From: Camelus ferus
Taxonomy: Eukaryota
Length of the DNA stretch: 64,000 nt
Assembly (NCBI RefSeq): GCF_009834535.1
Contig: NC_045696.1
Span: 95,110,001-95,174,000 of the forward strand
Direction: 5' to 3'
Position 1 is the first letter of the stretch. Every line of letters begins with the position of its first letter. Under the pieces are notes generated by a model that was given only the letters and a program-made list of their open reading frames with translations, was not told where the DNA came from and ran no database searches. Shown here piece by piece: positions 51,721 to 64,000 of this stretch. The translations under genes and the position numbers were made by a program.

Positions 51721-53869
51721 AATTGCATTTTCTGGCGGATACTGAAACTGCAGGATATTTTTTTCTACACTTCTAAAAATACATACTGTTCTGAACTAAT
51801 ACGCCAAATCGGTAGCAAGACAACTTTTAAGGCTGTTTGGTTTGTACATGTCTCAAGTGTATCCTTTATACTTTATACCTACAGTATTCTCTCTCTCTCT
51901 CTTTTTAATTCTCAGATGCACGTGATACAGAGAAGCTGTCACAACAAAAAGAAAGAAAATAATGTCTCTTCTTGCTATTCAGAGAATATTTTTATTGCAG
52001 GAAGTAAAATATTTTATAGAGAATTTATGTTATATGTAAGTTATAAAACTTCTATCCCAAAGTATATGCCAAAAACAATTGAGTTTAAGATAGTTTCCTT
52101 CTTACAAAAGCACCTGCAAGTGTTTAATTTTCTCATGTGACATGAGATTATCCTTACAACTTCACCAGTTTCTAGACCATTTTAAGAAACTAATATGGTG
52201 GATAATAATTTGAGATGTTCTTTTCGTCTAAGAGATACGATCTGTCTTGCCCACTGAAGAGGCATCTGAAATCAAGGAGCGATCAAAGATGGAAAGTTCG
52301 TAGCTTTCTGATGGAACCTACCATAGAAGTTTAAGACAGGCTAATTTAGGAAATGATCTGTTATCAGCCAGAGCTAGTTTTTCCTACTTCCACACAGCTA
52401 CAGAGCAGACCAAGCTTGTAGAAAGTGTGGAGGGGAATTGAGAACATTTTGACATTCGATCTTCTCTGCCCGGCTTCCTGTCTTCAACCCAGGATGTATC
52501 TGGGTGGACTTTGGGTTAGCAGTAAACATCTCAGGATGGAGGATGATTCATCAGTCCTTTCTGGATTCTGGCGATCCCCAGGCTTGCTGGTGTCCTTCCA
52601 CCATATGGTGTGGAAGCTAGAATCCAGGAGTCTGAGGATTGTTAGATACAAAATGTAGCTTCTGGATACCCTAGAGGGGCGTGCAAGAAAAGCTAAGACT
52701 TCTCTGTGCTCAAGAGAAAGGGTGCAGAAGGTGGATGAGAGAGGGAGTAATCAGTGTAAACCTGGAGTTGGTTCCTTCAGCCAAGATGAGGGGTCTGGAG
52801 CAGCAAATGTGTGCACAGCTGTCCCTGCAGGCACTGCTGGAGAACGCAGTCGTCACAAAAGAATGTCAGTGTGAACTGCTCCGTGAAAGCTCAGCCACTA
52901 AATGGAGCAGCTTTTTCTGGGAGTGACTAGAATCAGGTAGGTTTCATTTTTGTCTTGTGGTTTTTACATCAACCAGAAAGAAGGCTTTTTTTTTTTTTTA
53001 AGTCTTTGAATAAAGAAAGTTAATTTATAGGGAAAAATAAAGATACATGTTTCCACACATGTTATTTGAGGAAGGTTAGTGGTGCCCAGGGGAGAGAAAC
53101 CAGGATTCTTACCCAGGGCTTTCGTCCCAGAGCCAAGGGCAGGAAAGGTAAGGCAAATCCCATATTTTCCACCCCAAATTTTACCCATTTTCAGAGCTGA
53201 AGCTTCCAATAACTTAACTCCTGTTACTATTTGTCTATATTCTCCATGTTGAATGACTTCATCTGTCAAACAAGTTACCTGTGTTGAGTGATAATTAATT
53301 CATATTTTCAAATTTTAAACTAAGGGATCTATAGCTTATTTTCAGTGCTTCTCATTAGCTTGAGTTGACTGACTCCTTCCAGGGCCAATGAAAACTATTT
53401 GTGTGAACATCTTTAGTCTGATCATGGCAGAGGAAAGATGATTTTCTCTTGGCAAATTGCTAAACTTGGAACTAAATTCCAACCACAGAGTGGCTAATAT
53501 GAATTCTCATTTTGAATGTGAAGTAATGGTGCAGGGTGTCCGGGTTGGGAGTAACTCACCCAGGCTCATACACCTGGGAGATGGTGTGCAGTCAGAAGGG
53601 GGAGCGGTAAAGAGGATGGATTACTCGGGTTATAAATCATTAGACTTTGAATGTAAGAAAAGAAGAATTCAAAGGTGTATTTAAAACTTTGCAGAACCAT
53701 CTTGCTTCTCCAAATACACATAAACTAAGCTAAAAGGTAGGAAACCTGTGAAACAATTGTTGCGGATATTTTTAATTCCGTTACTCTCTGTTCCCCATAA
53801 AATATCTCCTGTGACAAAATTTCTTTTCCGTAAAAACTTGTCTGTCTTTAAGTCAAAACTATGTTTCTC

Positions 53870-54695
53870 TCTCTCTTTTTTTAAAGAGCAGGTTTAAATT
53901 CACATACACATACCAAATTGAGAGAAACGTACAGAGACTGCCATCCACCTTCTCCCTACGTAGGCATAGCTTCTCCCGTTATCAGTATTGTTTGCAGAGT
54001 GGCACATTTGGTACCAAGGATGAACCTACACTGACATCATAATCACCCAAAAGTCCAGAGTTTACTTAAGGGTTCACTCTTGGCATCATATATTCTTTGG
54101 GCTTAAACAAATTATGACATGTACCCACCATTACAATATCATACAGAGTATTTCACTGCTTTAAAAAAATCCTCTGGGTTCTGCCTGTTCATCCTTCACC
54201 ACCCTCTACCCCTGACAACCACTAAATTCTTTGTTGTCTCCATGCTTTTGCCTTTTCCAGAATGTCATATAGCTGGAACCATGCTAGCATGTAGACTTTT
54301 CAGATTGGCTTCCTTCCCTTAGTAATATGCATTCAAGTTCCGTCCTTGTCTTTTCCTGGCTTGATAGCTCATTTCTTTTTTAGTATTGAATAATATTGCA
54401 CTGTTTGGAATACATAGATGTCCCACGTTTTCTTTACCCATTCACCTACTAAAGGACATCTTGGTTGCTTCTGAGTTTCAGCAATTATGAATAAAGCAGT
54501 GAAAACATCTGTGTGCAGATTTTTGTGTGGACATAAGTTTTCTCTTCTTTTGGGTAAATACCAAAGAGCACAATTGCTGGTTAGATGGTAAGAGTATGTT
54601 TAGTTTTGTAAGAAACCACCATATTGCCTTCCAAAGTGGCTGTGCCATTTTGCGTTTCCATCAACAAAGAATGAGAGTTCCTTTTGTTCCCCTTT
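53870..54695 (-). mobile_element. L1 3' end (L1MC1-like)
   Basis: gatgaacctacactgacatcataatcacccaaaagtcc; ttgccttttccagaatgtcatatagctggaa; ttccaaagtggctgtgccattttgcgtttcca. Confidence 0.9.
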
Positions 54696-55377
54696 TACTT
54701 AATTTTTTTTTCCGAGTGTTATCACTGTAATGAAATAAATATAAGCATGAATCATATCGTCAACCACACTTTCACAAGCCCTAGCATTTGCCTGCCTCGC
54801 GATGAGGGAGACCTCCTCGTCAGTAAACTTGGAAACTAAGGGTATGATTGCAATTCTCTCCTTCAACCAGTGCACTTCATTCTTAGTTGCTGACTTAGAA
54901 AAGGAGTCACCCCTCTTCACAAGACAAGAGGGAAACCAGACTCCTAAGTGCTGAGCCTTTTCAAGTGGGATGCTGCCTTCCAGGCTCCTACTGTCAAAAT
55001 CCTCAATAACCCTGATCTTCCCTGCGTGAGCACTGTTGTGGCACAGAAGAGATTCCTCACATTCTGCCCTTTGTCTGCCTTTCTGCTGGTGTGCTCTTGA
55101 ACCAGAGTTGGTCTTTCACTGATAACACGTGACTGTGATCCAAAGCCACACAGCAAGACATGCAGAACTGACTGCTGCTTGAAATGCTTGTTTTGACTTG
55201 TTCTCTATCCCAAAGGACAGAGTAAATTCTGCACAAATGTCAAACACTGGTGATCTAATGATAAAAATAAGATTGGTCCACTTATTTTCACAATTAAAAT
55301 CTAAATGCCTCTACTCAACGTCAACTTTCTTGTATATTTTTTCATTGTTCCTGATGAGATAAAATAGTTACTAATCA

Positions 55378-55545
55378 GCACAGGGAAATATATACAAGAT
55401 CTTATGGTAGCTCACAGCAAAAAAAAAAAAAAAAAAAAAAGTGACAATGAATATACACATGTTCATGTAGAACTGAAAAATTGTGCTCTACACTGGAATT
55501 TGACACAACATTGTAAAATGACTATAACTCAATAAAAGATGTAAA
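55378..55545 (+). mobile_element. Young 5'-truncated camelid L1 3' end with perfect 17-bp TSD
   Basis: gcacagggaaatatatacaagatctt...gacacaacattgtaaaatgactataactcaataaaa; TSD aaaatagttactaatca at 55361-55377 and 55546-55562. Confidence 0.92.
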
Positions 55546-55562
55546 AAAATAGTTACTAATCA

Positions 55563-55800
55563 TAGCTAACATTTTGAACACTTGCTATGAGCCACAAACA
55601 GTACTAAGTACTTTATATTTATGTCATTCAACCTTCTTAACAATTTGATGAAGTGTTGGTGTCATTTTTATCTCATTTCCAGATGAAGAACCTGATGCAA
55701 AATAATGTTAACTTTTTTCCCCTAAATTTTAACCAGATGATTGAGAAGCAAGAATTTGAATCTAGGTAGACTCTAAACTCCTAAGTTTATGTTCTTAATC
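55563..55800 (-). mobile_element. MIR SINE
   Basis: tagctaacattttgaacacttgctatgagcc...ctcatttccagatgaagaacctga...gaatttgaatctagg. Confidence 0.75.
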
Positions 55801-57399
55801 ATTTATTAAATCATCTCTAGTCCCAGACTATTCTTAACTACTTGAATATAATTCAGGTAGTCCTCCAAGAATCAGGACTGTGATCTAAAATCACCTGTAC
55901 TGAAATTATACGCATGACCATCTTTCATTAAAATTTTGTGTCTCTTCTCCAAAAACACTCCCTTGGAAAGCTCATACTCATCTTCCAAAGCTCCAGATCC
56001 CTTCCTCAGTAAAGCGTCCTTCTCCTCCTCCAGAAGTATTTGTTGCCCTGTCTTCTGTGCTTTCTTAGTAACTCATCCATACCTTGTGATAGACCTTAAC
56101 CCTGTAATTACAAGACTTTTCTTTAAGGCAGCTGGGCTGTTCTGTTCCTTTGGTATCTGGTAGGTGCTATATTTTTCTGAGATAAACACATGGAAATTCT
56201 TCAAGCCAAGAAATATCATCCTTCTGAGAAGAAATTCAGAGAGAAGAATAGGTAGTGAATATACTTTCTGGAGCAAGAGGAAGAATAAATGCATATAATT
56301 TATATATAACTAAAAAGAGTTAAATCTCCAAGAGATAGAAGAAAGCTATTAAAGCCATATCTATTTCCTAACCTGCAGAAACATGCTTCCCACAAAATGC
56401 TCCACAAAAGAACAGAGTTCTCCAGAAGAACTTTCCACGCTTCAGAAGAACTGAGGATCTGCACAGTACTGTGCTCATCTTTAAGGTAAGGCCCTGGGTT
56501 GAGAGAACGTCCTAGATCACATCAAACAGCAACACTGACATCTGCTGGAAATGCACTCTGCCCACATTTTCTGCAGTTGGTTAAAAAGAAAAAATAAAAA
56601 AGTACACAGAAACAAAATGATAAGAAACTATCTGAAAAAAAAATGCAGAACCCAAACAAAGAGGGAAAAAAAATCAAGAAAATGTGCGCCTGAACAATCT
56701 TGGGCATTTCTTTCATTGGGAATATAATCTTGACAAACACATTTTTGGAGATAACCATGGCCATAGATTTGTGACCCTGGGTTACTAATTCTTACAGACA
56801 TATCCTCTAGCTTGGCCCCCCAAAAGTGTTTTTAAAACAAAACATGCTACATGTCTCCGCAATGAATTTCTACCTCATGTTTCATAAATAGCGTGGTTCG
56901 TGCTCTCTGGGTCACAGCAAATACTGAATCATCCTCAACTGAGGCCACGCCTCAGCTTTCATGGATATGATTTTGGCAAATGGCTTGTTGCTGTGGTTTG
57001 TATTATGCTACCCATTCTCCGAAGTTTCCGTTCTGCTGTCTCACTTGTGATATTAGTTAGGTATTTGGGGAATAGTAAAACTGAAGAATAATATACTTTC
57101 CTCCTTTTATTTATTTATAAATTTTAAGTTAATCAGGTGTAAAGTATTTCTTTCTACACTTATTTTGCTTATTTATTAGAACTTTTTGGTAAGAGGAAAA
57201 ATTTTGCAACTCACAAAAAAGATTACTTTGTTTTATTTTTCAGGAAAACTCCAAAACCTGTATGTTTAAAATTGTTACCTATAAGAATTAACTCCTAGCT
57301 TCCCAGCATGAGGCTTCCATGATGAGCTATGTTTATGTTTTCTCCTAAATCTACCTCATAGGTGTCCTTATGGGGGAAGTCAGGTATTTATTTTTTCCC

Positions 57400-57830
57400 T
57401 TTTTGCTTTTTGGCTTTTCATCTCTTTATTTTGAAATATGATAAGTATACAGAAAAGGCATATAAAACACAAATGTACAGCTTAATGCATTATAATAAAA
57501 TGAGCACTCATCATAGTCCACACCCTTGCTTTTCTTTGCTTTTGAACCCTTAAGTTTACCTTTCTAGATTCCACAGCATTGCTGGGATTTTAATTTTATA
57601 TAAATGGGTCATACATAGTGCATGTTTTCTTTTATTTTTGGCTTCATTCAGTCAACATTCTGATTTTCATGTGTGTTGTTGCATGTAGCCGTGATTTGTT
57701 TATCTTTATTGTTCAATGTTATTCCATTTTACAAATGTATCACCAATTGCTCATCCAGTCTTTTGTTAATGGGTCATTATTTGGGTCATAATTTGGGGAT
57801 ATTTGGGTCATTTCTGGTTTGGGGCTGTTT
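57400..57830 (-). mobile_element. L1ME-type 3' end
   Basis: tttattttgaaatatgataagtatacagaaaagg; tataaatgggtcatacatagtgcatg; gtgttgttgcatgtagc. Confidence 0.7.
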
Positions 57831-58601
57831 CTAGTTCTAATTCTCATCCCCCAACCACCACCTCTGGCAACTCCCAAGCTGTTCTCTGTATCTATGAGTT
57901 TTGTTTTATTTTTAGATTCCGCATATAAATGAAATCATTGTCTTTTTCTGTCTTGTTTCTTTTAGCTTAATGCCCTCAAGGTCCATCCATGTTATTTGCA
58001 TGTTACTGCAAATGGCAGGGTTTCATTCTTCTTATGGCTGAATTATAGATCTATATATGTTCACATTTTCTTTATCCCTTCATCCTTCAATGGACACGTG
58101 TTGTGTCCATGTCTTGGCTATTGTAAACATGCTGCAATGAACATGGAGATGCAGATATCTTTTCAAGTTACTCCTTTTGTTTCCTTCCGAGAAATGGAAG
58201 TGGAATTGCTGGATTGTATGGTGAGTTCTATTTTTAATTTGTTGAGGAAACTTTATACTGTTTTTTCATAGTGGCTGCACTGATTTACATTCCCACCAGC
58301 ACTTCACAAGGGTTCCCTTTTCTCCACATCCTGACCATCACTTATCAGTTGTCATTTTGGTAACAGCCATTCTGACAGTTGTGAGGAGAGATCTCCTTGC
58401 TGTCTTGATTTGCACCTCCCTGATGATTAGTGATGTAGAACACCTTTTCATGAACCTGTTGGTCATCTGTATGTCTTCATCAGAAACATGTCTATTCAGA
58501 TCCACTGCCTATTTCTAAATGGGATTGTTTTGGCTTTTTGCTACTGAGTTGTATGAATTCTTGGCTATTAACATATTTTGGCTATTAACTCTTCACCAGA
58601 T
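57831..58601 (-). mobile_element. L1MA-type fragment (ORF2 end and 3' UTR), lacking its poly(A) end
   Basis: ttagattccgcatataaatgaaatca; ttttaatttgttgaggaaactttatactgttttttcatagtggctgcac; ctccctgatgattagtgatgtagaacaccttttcatg; stops abruptly at cttcaccagat. Confidence 0.9.
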
Positions 58602-60150
<1,549 letters not shown>

Positions 60151-60429
60151 GGCAGCCCTATTACAGCCGGACGCAGGGCTTCTTTAATAGGCCACGTTGG
60201 GTTGGTGTCTCCCTGTTGGCCGGGCTGGAACTCCAGAGCTTACCTGGAATGGTGCTGTGGTCTGCAAAACCTCCTCCCCTCCCCTTGTCCCTCCCCACTT
60301 CCCTTCACAGGTGTCAGATCCGCAGGACAGTCTGTGGCTCGGCCCAGTCTCTGGCTCCCTCCTGGTAAGTCTCCTGCATGTTTGCTCCCTCTTGGCCTCG
60401 GTTTCCTAGAAGGCCCTGAGAACTCATTA

Positions 60430-61020
60430 TCCTAATTCTAACCGTCATGATGTCTCATCACCAATAGATGGTTTTCCTCTTTTTATAATTTTGCCTTCAC
60501 CAATCCTCTGCCAGTGGCAACCAGGATGCTCTTTCTGACCATCGTGAAAGTCCAAACACTTCACTGCGGCCCCTGGGGTCACGTGCCAACCTCTCTCTCC
60601 CGTCCACCCCTCTCTGCCTCACACCGCAGGTGGTGATGACTTAGGTCTGTCGAAGACTTCCACTCTTGCCTTCGCGCTCCTCTCCCCCGTGCCTGAGCTG
60701 AGGCGCCCTTTCTGCCTGGGATGCGCTTCCCGCCTCTTTGCTTAGACACAACAGCTCATCTGCTGGCGCCTCTCCAGGAGAACTTCCCAGAACACCCAAG
60801 CCAGACATTGTGCCTGGTGCCACCAGTCACCCTGTCTGTCCCCGGAGTGCTTCTAGGTCTTACGTTTGCCTTTGTACCTCCCCCCGCCACCCCACACGGG
60901 GGGGGGGGGGGACTGTGACACCCATCAGGGCAGGAACAGCGCCTTCCCCGCCTGTCTCCACATGCTCAGTGCTGGCGCATGCTTGGCCCAGAGTGATCAT
61001 TCAATAAATATTTGTTTTGT
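60430..61020 (+). mobile_element. L2 3' region, unusually GC/CpG-rich
   Basis: ccctttctgcctgggatgcgcttccc; ctctttgcttagac; ends gctcagtgctggcgcatg...cattcaataaatatttg. Confidence 0.65.
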
Positions 61021-63019
61021 AATTGAAAACGTTCAACCCTAGCAATTCATTCATCTACCATCTTTAGAAACTCTTAAAATACAAAGTAGGTGATTAGTTT
61101 GTTCAAGTGTTTTGCAGTTACTAGACGCCACGTTATTTGTCATTCAGGGATGGACACAGAGACTGCCCAGAGTTTTCGTCCTTTGGGGGTTATGAGAACC
61201 TCCACCAGACGGGTGAGCCAGGGGAGGAAGATAAGATCAAAGTATAACCAATCCATTTCTTATGGATAAGGATGCTGGGGAAAACAAAGCAAATGTTAAG
61301 ACTAATGAGTAAATTGAGGTTTGAATTCTGCAGACATCTGGTTTACTCATTCACCCTTATCTATTTGTATTTGAAGTAAGACTAACATAACCTAACTCCT
61401 GCCTTTCGGAATTTTGGAAAAATGCAAAGAGATAAGCACTTTAATTATTTCTCTTCTATTTATTTTAAAATATTGTAACCATTTACCCATGCACACGGTG
61501 GGTATGCACTTGATATTGACAAACCAGAGAATTAAAAGGATACCCACATTTATACCAGCACATCAAGCAATTCAAGTCAGAGGAATAGTATCCTTTTGTG
61601 GGTGTTCATCACGCATGTTTTGGGTGATTATCACATTTGCGATTTAGCAAACTTAAGGTTTGGGTATTGTGTACTTACGGAAGGCAAATAGTAGTAGTAG
61701 TCTTTCTCCTATGGGCATGAGAAAGCTTGTAGAAAGGTGCGCTTTTTAGAAAGTGGGAAAACTGTAAAATTGGGGAAGTTCAGGGTTCCACAGACTCACC
61801 TGGGCCGTTTCTTGGCCGTTGCTCCTTAGAGATCAGCACCCTCTCCCCCTCCTTCCCCAGCGCAGTCTGTGTGGTCCTCCAGTGCAGCAACGATCAGTCT
61901 GAGTTGCAGCTTGTTGTTGGCACATGTCTTGCCAACTCTTCTTCGGGGTCTTTGAGCTTGGAGACTGATTCAGATCAATTGTAATGTCCTCAACATCTAC
62001 CACGATGCAGGGCCCAGATTCACATCCTCTAAATTCTTACAAAAGAAAGAACAAGAAAAACAAAGATGAAAGAAGGATGGGAGAGATAGAGGAAAGAAAT
62101 AAAATAACATGAATTTAAGTCATTTTCACATAACGTCTCTTAAAGGCTTTAAATCTCATTAACCATGAAATGAAAAATTTCATCTCTTATTCAGGGATTG
62201 TTAACTCAAAGTGAAAAGATGGGAAGATTATAGGGGAACAAACTGGCTTCCCAGACCCTTTTAAGTCACATCAGATGAAACAAGGAGGGTTCTGCTGGGA
62301 GCCCAGAGAGCCAAAAATAGTGATCGGAGCTCAGCGCCTGGTGAAATAATATAAAGGGAACAGAGAGGAAGAAAAAGAACCAGCTAATTAAAACAATAAG
62401 ATAAATATATTAAAAAGTATCAGGCTGTAAGTGGATATTCTGTACAAATCCATTTCCACTGCAGTTCTTATAATTTGTTCACAAATAAATGGCTTATGTT
62501 CCTCCTATGCTCCGCTGTGGATGCTAATTAACACGGGCTTGAGATGCCTGGGAAAGAAACAAAAACATAAAACCGTCTGCACGCAAGTCTACAGACTTAG
62601 GGACAGTCTCACGGCCGTACAAAGACTGTGAAGGTATGTTCTCTTTTCACCACAGACTCCTTGTAAGAATACGTTCATAAGCTATACCACGCCTACCAGA
62701 ACCTTCCTTCTGCATTCTCCTCTCCATCGACAAGGAGTTAAGCAATCACAATTTGGTATTCAAGGATGGAAGAAAGTTTTAATCCAATACATTCTAAATT
62801 ACTCTCTTTTGTGGTAGAGTTCAAGGAGTTCGGAGTAGGTTGTGGCCTGGGAAATACCAGCTCGTTTCTGCAGACAATTTTTCAAAAACTGGAAGACATT
62901 GAAATTCCATCAGTCTTTTTAGATACTCAGTGGTTGCACTGTTTTCATGGCCTGAAAAGGAGAGTTTGGTAGAATGTTCCTGATCTGCATTTCCAATCGA
63001 GGATAGGAGATACGTTTAA

Positions 63020-63130
63020 TTAAAATGAACGGAAACAAACATTCAGCCAGCAACTCCTAAATACAAAGCTGGCGCTAGGCACTGAGGACCACACACAGAC
63101 ACGTAAGACTGGCTACTCCTGGTGAGAGAA
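63020..63130 (-). mobile_element. L2 tail fragment
   Basis: cattcagccagcaactcctaaatac...gctggcgctaggcactgagga. Confidence 0.45.
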
Positions 63131-63679
63131 ACCTTCCTTTGGGCAGATTCAGATTTGTAAACAGCACACCTGGACCTTGCTAGCAAATCTTCCTAAGGTA
63201 TGTTGCACACACTTAGTTGTCCTTTTCACTAAATTATAATAAACATATATGAGCCAATCTTAATGAGAGTATCCTGAGGGTGGGAGGGTGAGGAGACCAC
63301 CTGAAAAATAGATTAATTAATTGATTGATTGAAGACAGAAATTTGTGCTATAAATTAAATGTAAACAGGGGATGATTTAATCACACAGAAACTAGTTACA
63401 ATTTTAGAGAAGACCACAGATTATACTGAGAGGGGTTTTATTAACATCCTTCCACTGTTCTTCCCTAAAACAACGTAAATATTTCACTGATTTGGCAAGA
63501 TACTTTATATAATTCTCAACTAACAGTGATAGATATGTGCATGTTTTAAAAGACATTTTAATATTCTGAATTTGGCAAACTGACTTGAATGTGTGACTGG
63601 TCTAAGAAACAATGTAAACAAATTCAAAATAAAAAATAAAGGAAAAGATATGAAGTAATTTAAATGAAAAGCAATAAAT

Positions 63680-63960
63680 ATTTACTGAAACACTCAGAAA
63701 ATTTGAAAGCACAGAAAATTTTAAGTCTCCTATAATCCTACCACTAAAATTACTTTCCTAGGTAACTAAATCATTTTTGAAAAAACCCATTTTAAATACA
63801 TAGCACTCTATAATACTTTGCTTACATTTCTTAGCTATTGAAACGAAGACTCCACTTGGTTTTTACTATTATGAAGAAATGTTACAATGAACATAAATAT
63901 TTTTTCAATATTCAGATTACTTTTTAAGGATAAAATATGAGTTGCATAATGAATAGCATA
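63680..63960 (-). mobile_element. Decayed L1ME 3' fragment
   Basis: cctataatcctaccact; ttttactattatgaagaaatgttacaatgaacat; cagattactttttaaggataaa. Confidence 0.5.
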
Positions 63961-64000
63961 GTCATATTACTGTATTCAGGAAGAGATGGTCATTTTCATT

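Noticed and set aside
598..58271. The many 60-145 aa ORFs in the supplied track
   Set aside because: No recognisable domains; many start at non-ATG codons; many fall in LTR, LINE, MIR or microsatellite sequence; lengths are as expected by chance.

Overview
Mammalian genomic DNA, almost certainly camelid (alpaca/llama/camel): it carries a Vic-1-type tRNA-derived SINE with a perfect 15-bp TSD and young cetartiodactyl-type L1 3' ends. The window is AT-rich, essentially intergenic or intronic, and dominated by old transposon remnants (L1, L2, MIR, MaLR/ERVL/ERV1 solo LTRs, hAT MITEs) plus microsatellites. The only protein homology I recognise with confidence is a degraded, 5'-truncated FKBP8 processed pseudogene (58602-60150, +). 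A probable 3'-terminal exon of an unidentified gene lies at the left edge (73-~420, +). Regulatory candidates are a CTCF site with its upstream motif (~20.8 kb), a small CpG-rich E2F-motif patch (~32.9 kb) and ARE/E-box motifs (39.2 and 47.0 kb). The remaining ORFs in the track look like chance or repeat-derived frames. I found no evidence for a new multi-gene system. The best leads are the odd head-to-head L1/FKBP8 junction, the CpG-retaining zones and the orphan promoter-like patch. Repeat subfamily names come from remembered consensus sequences, not a database search, and boundaries without TSDs are approximate.
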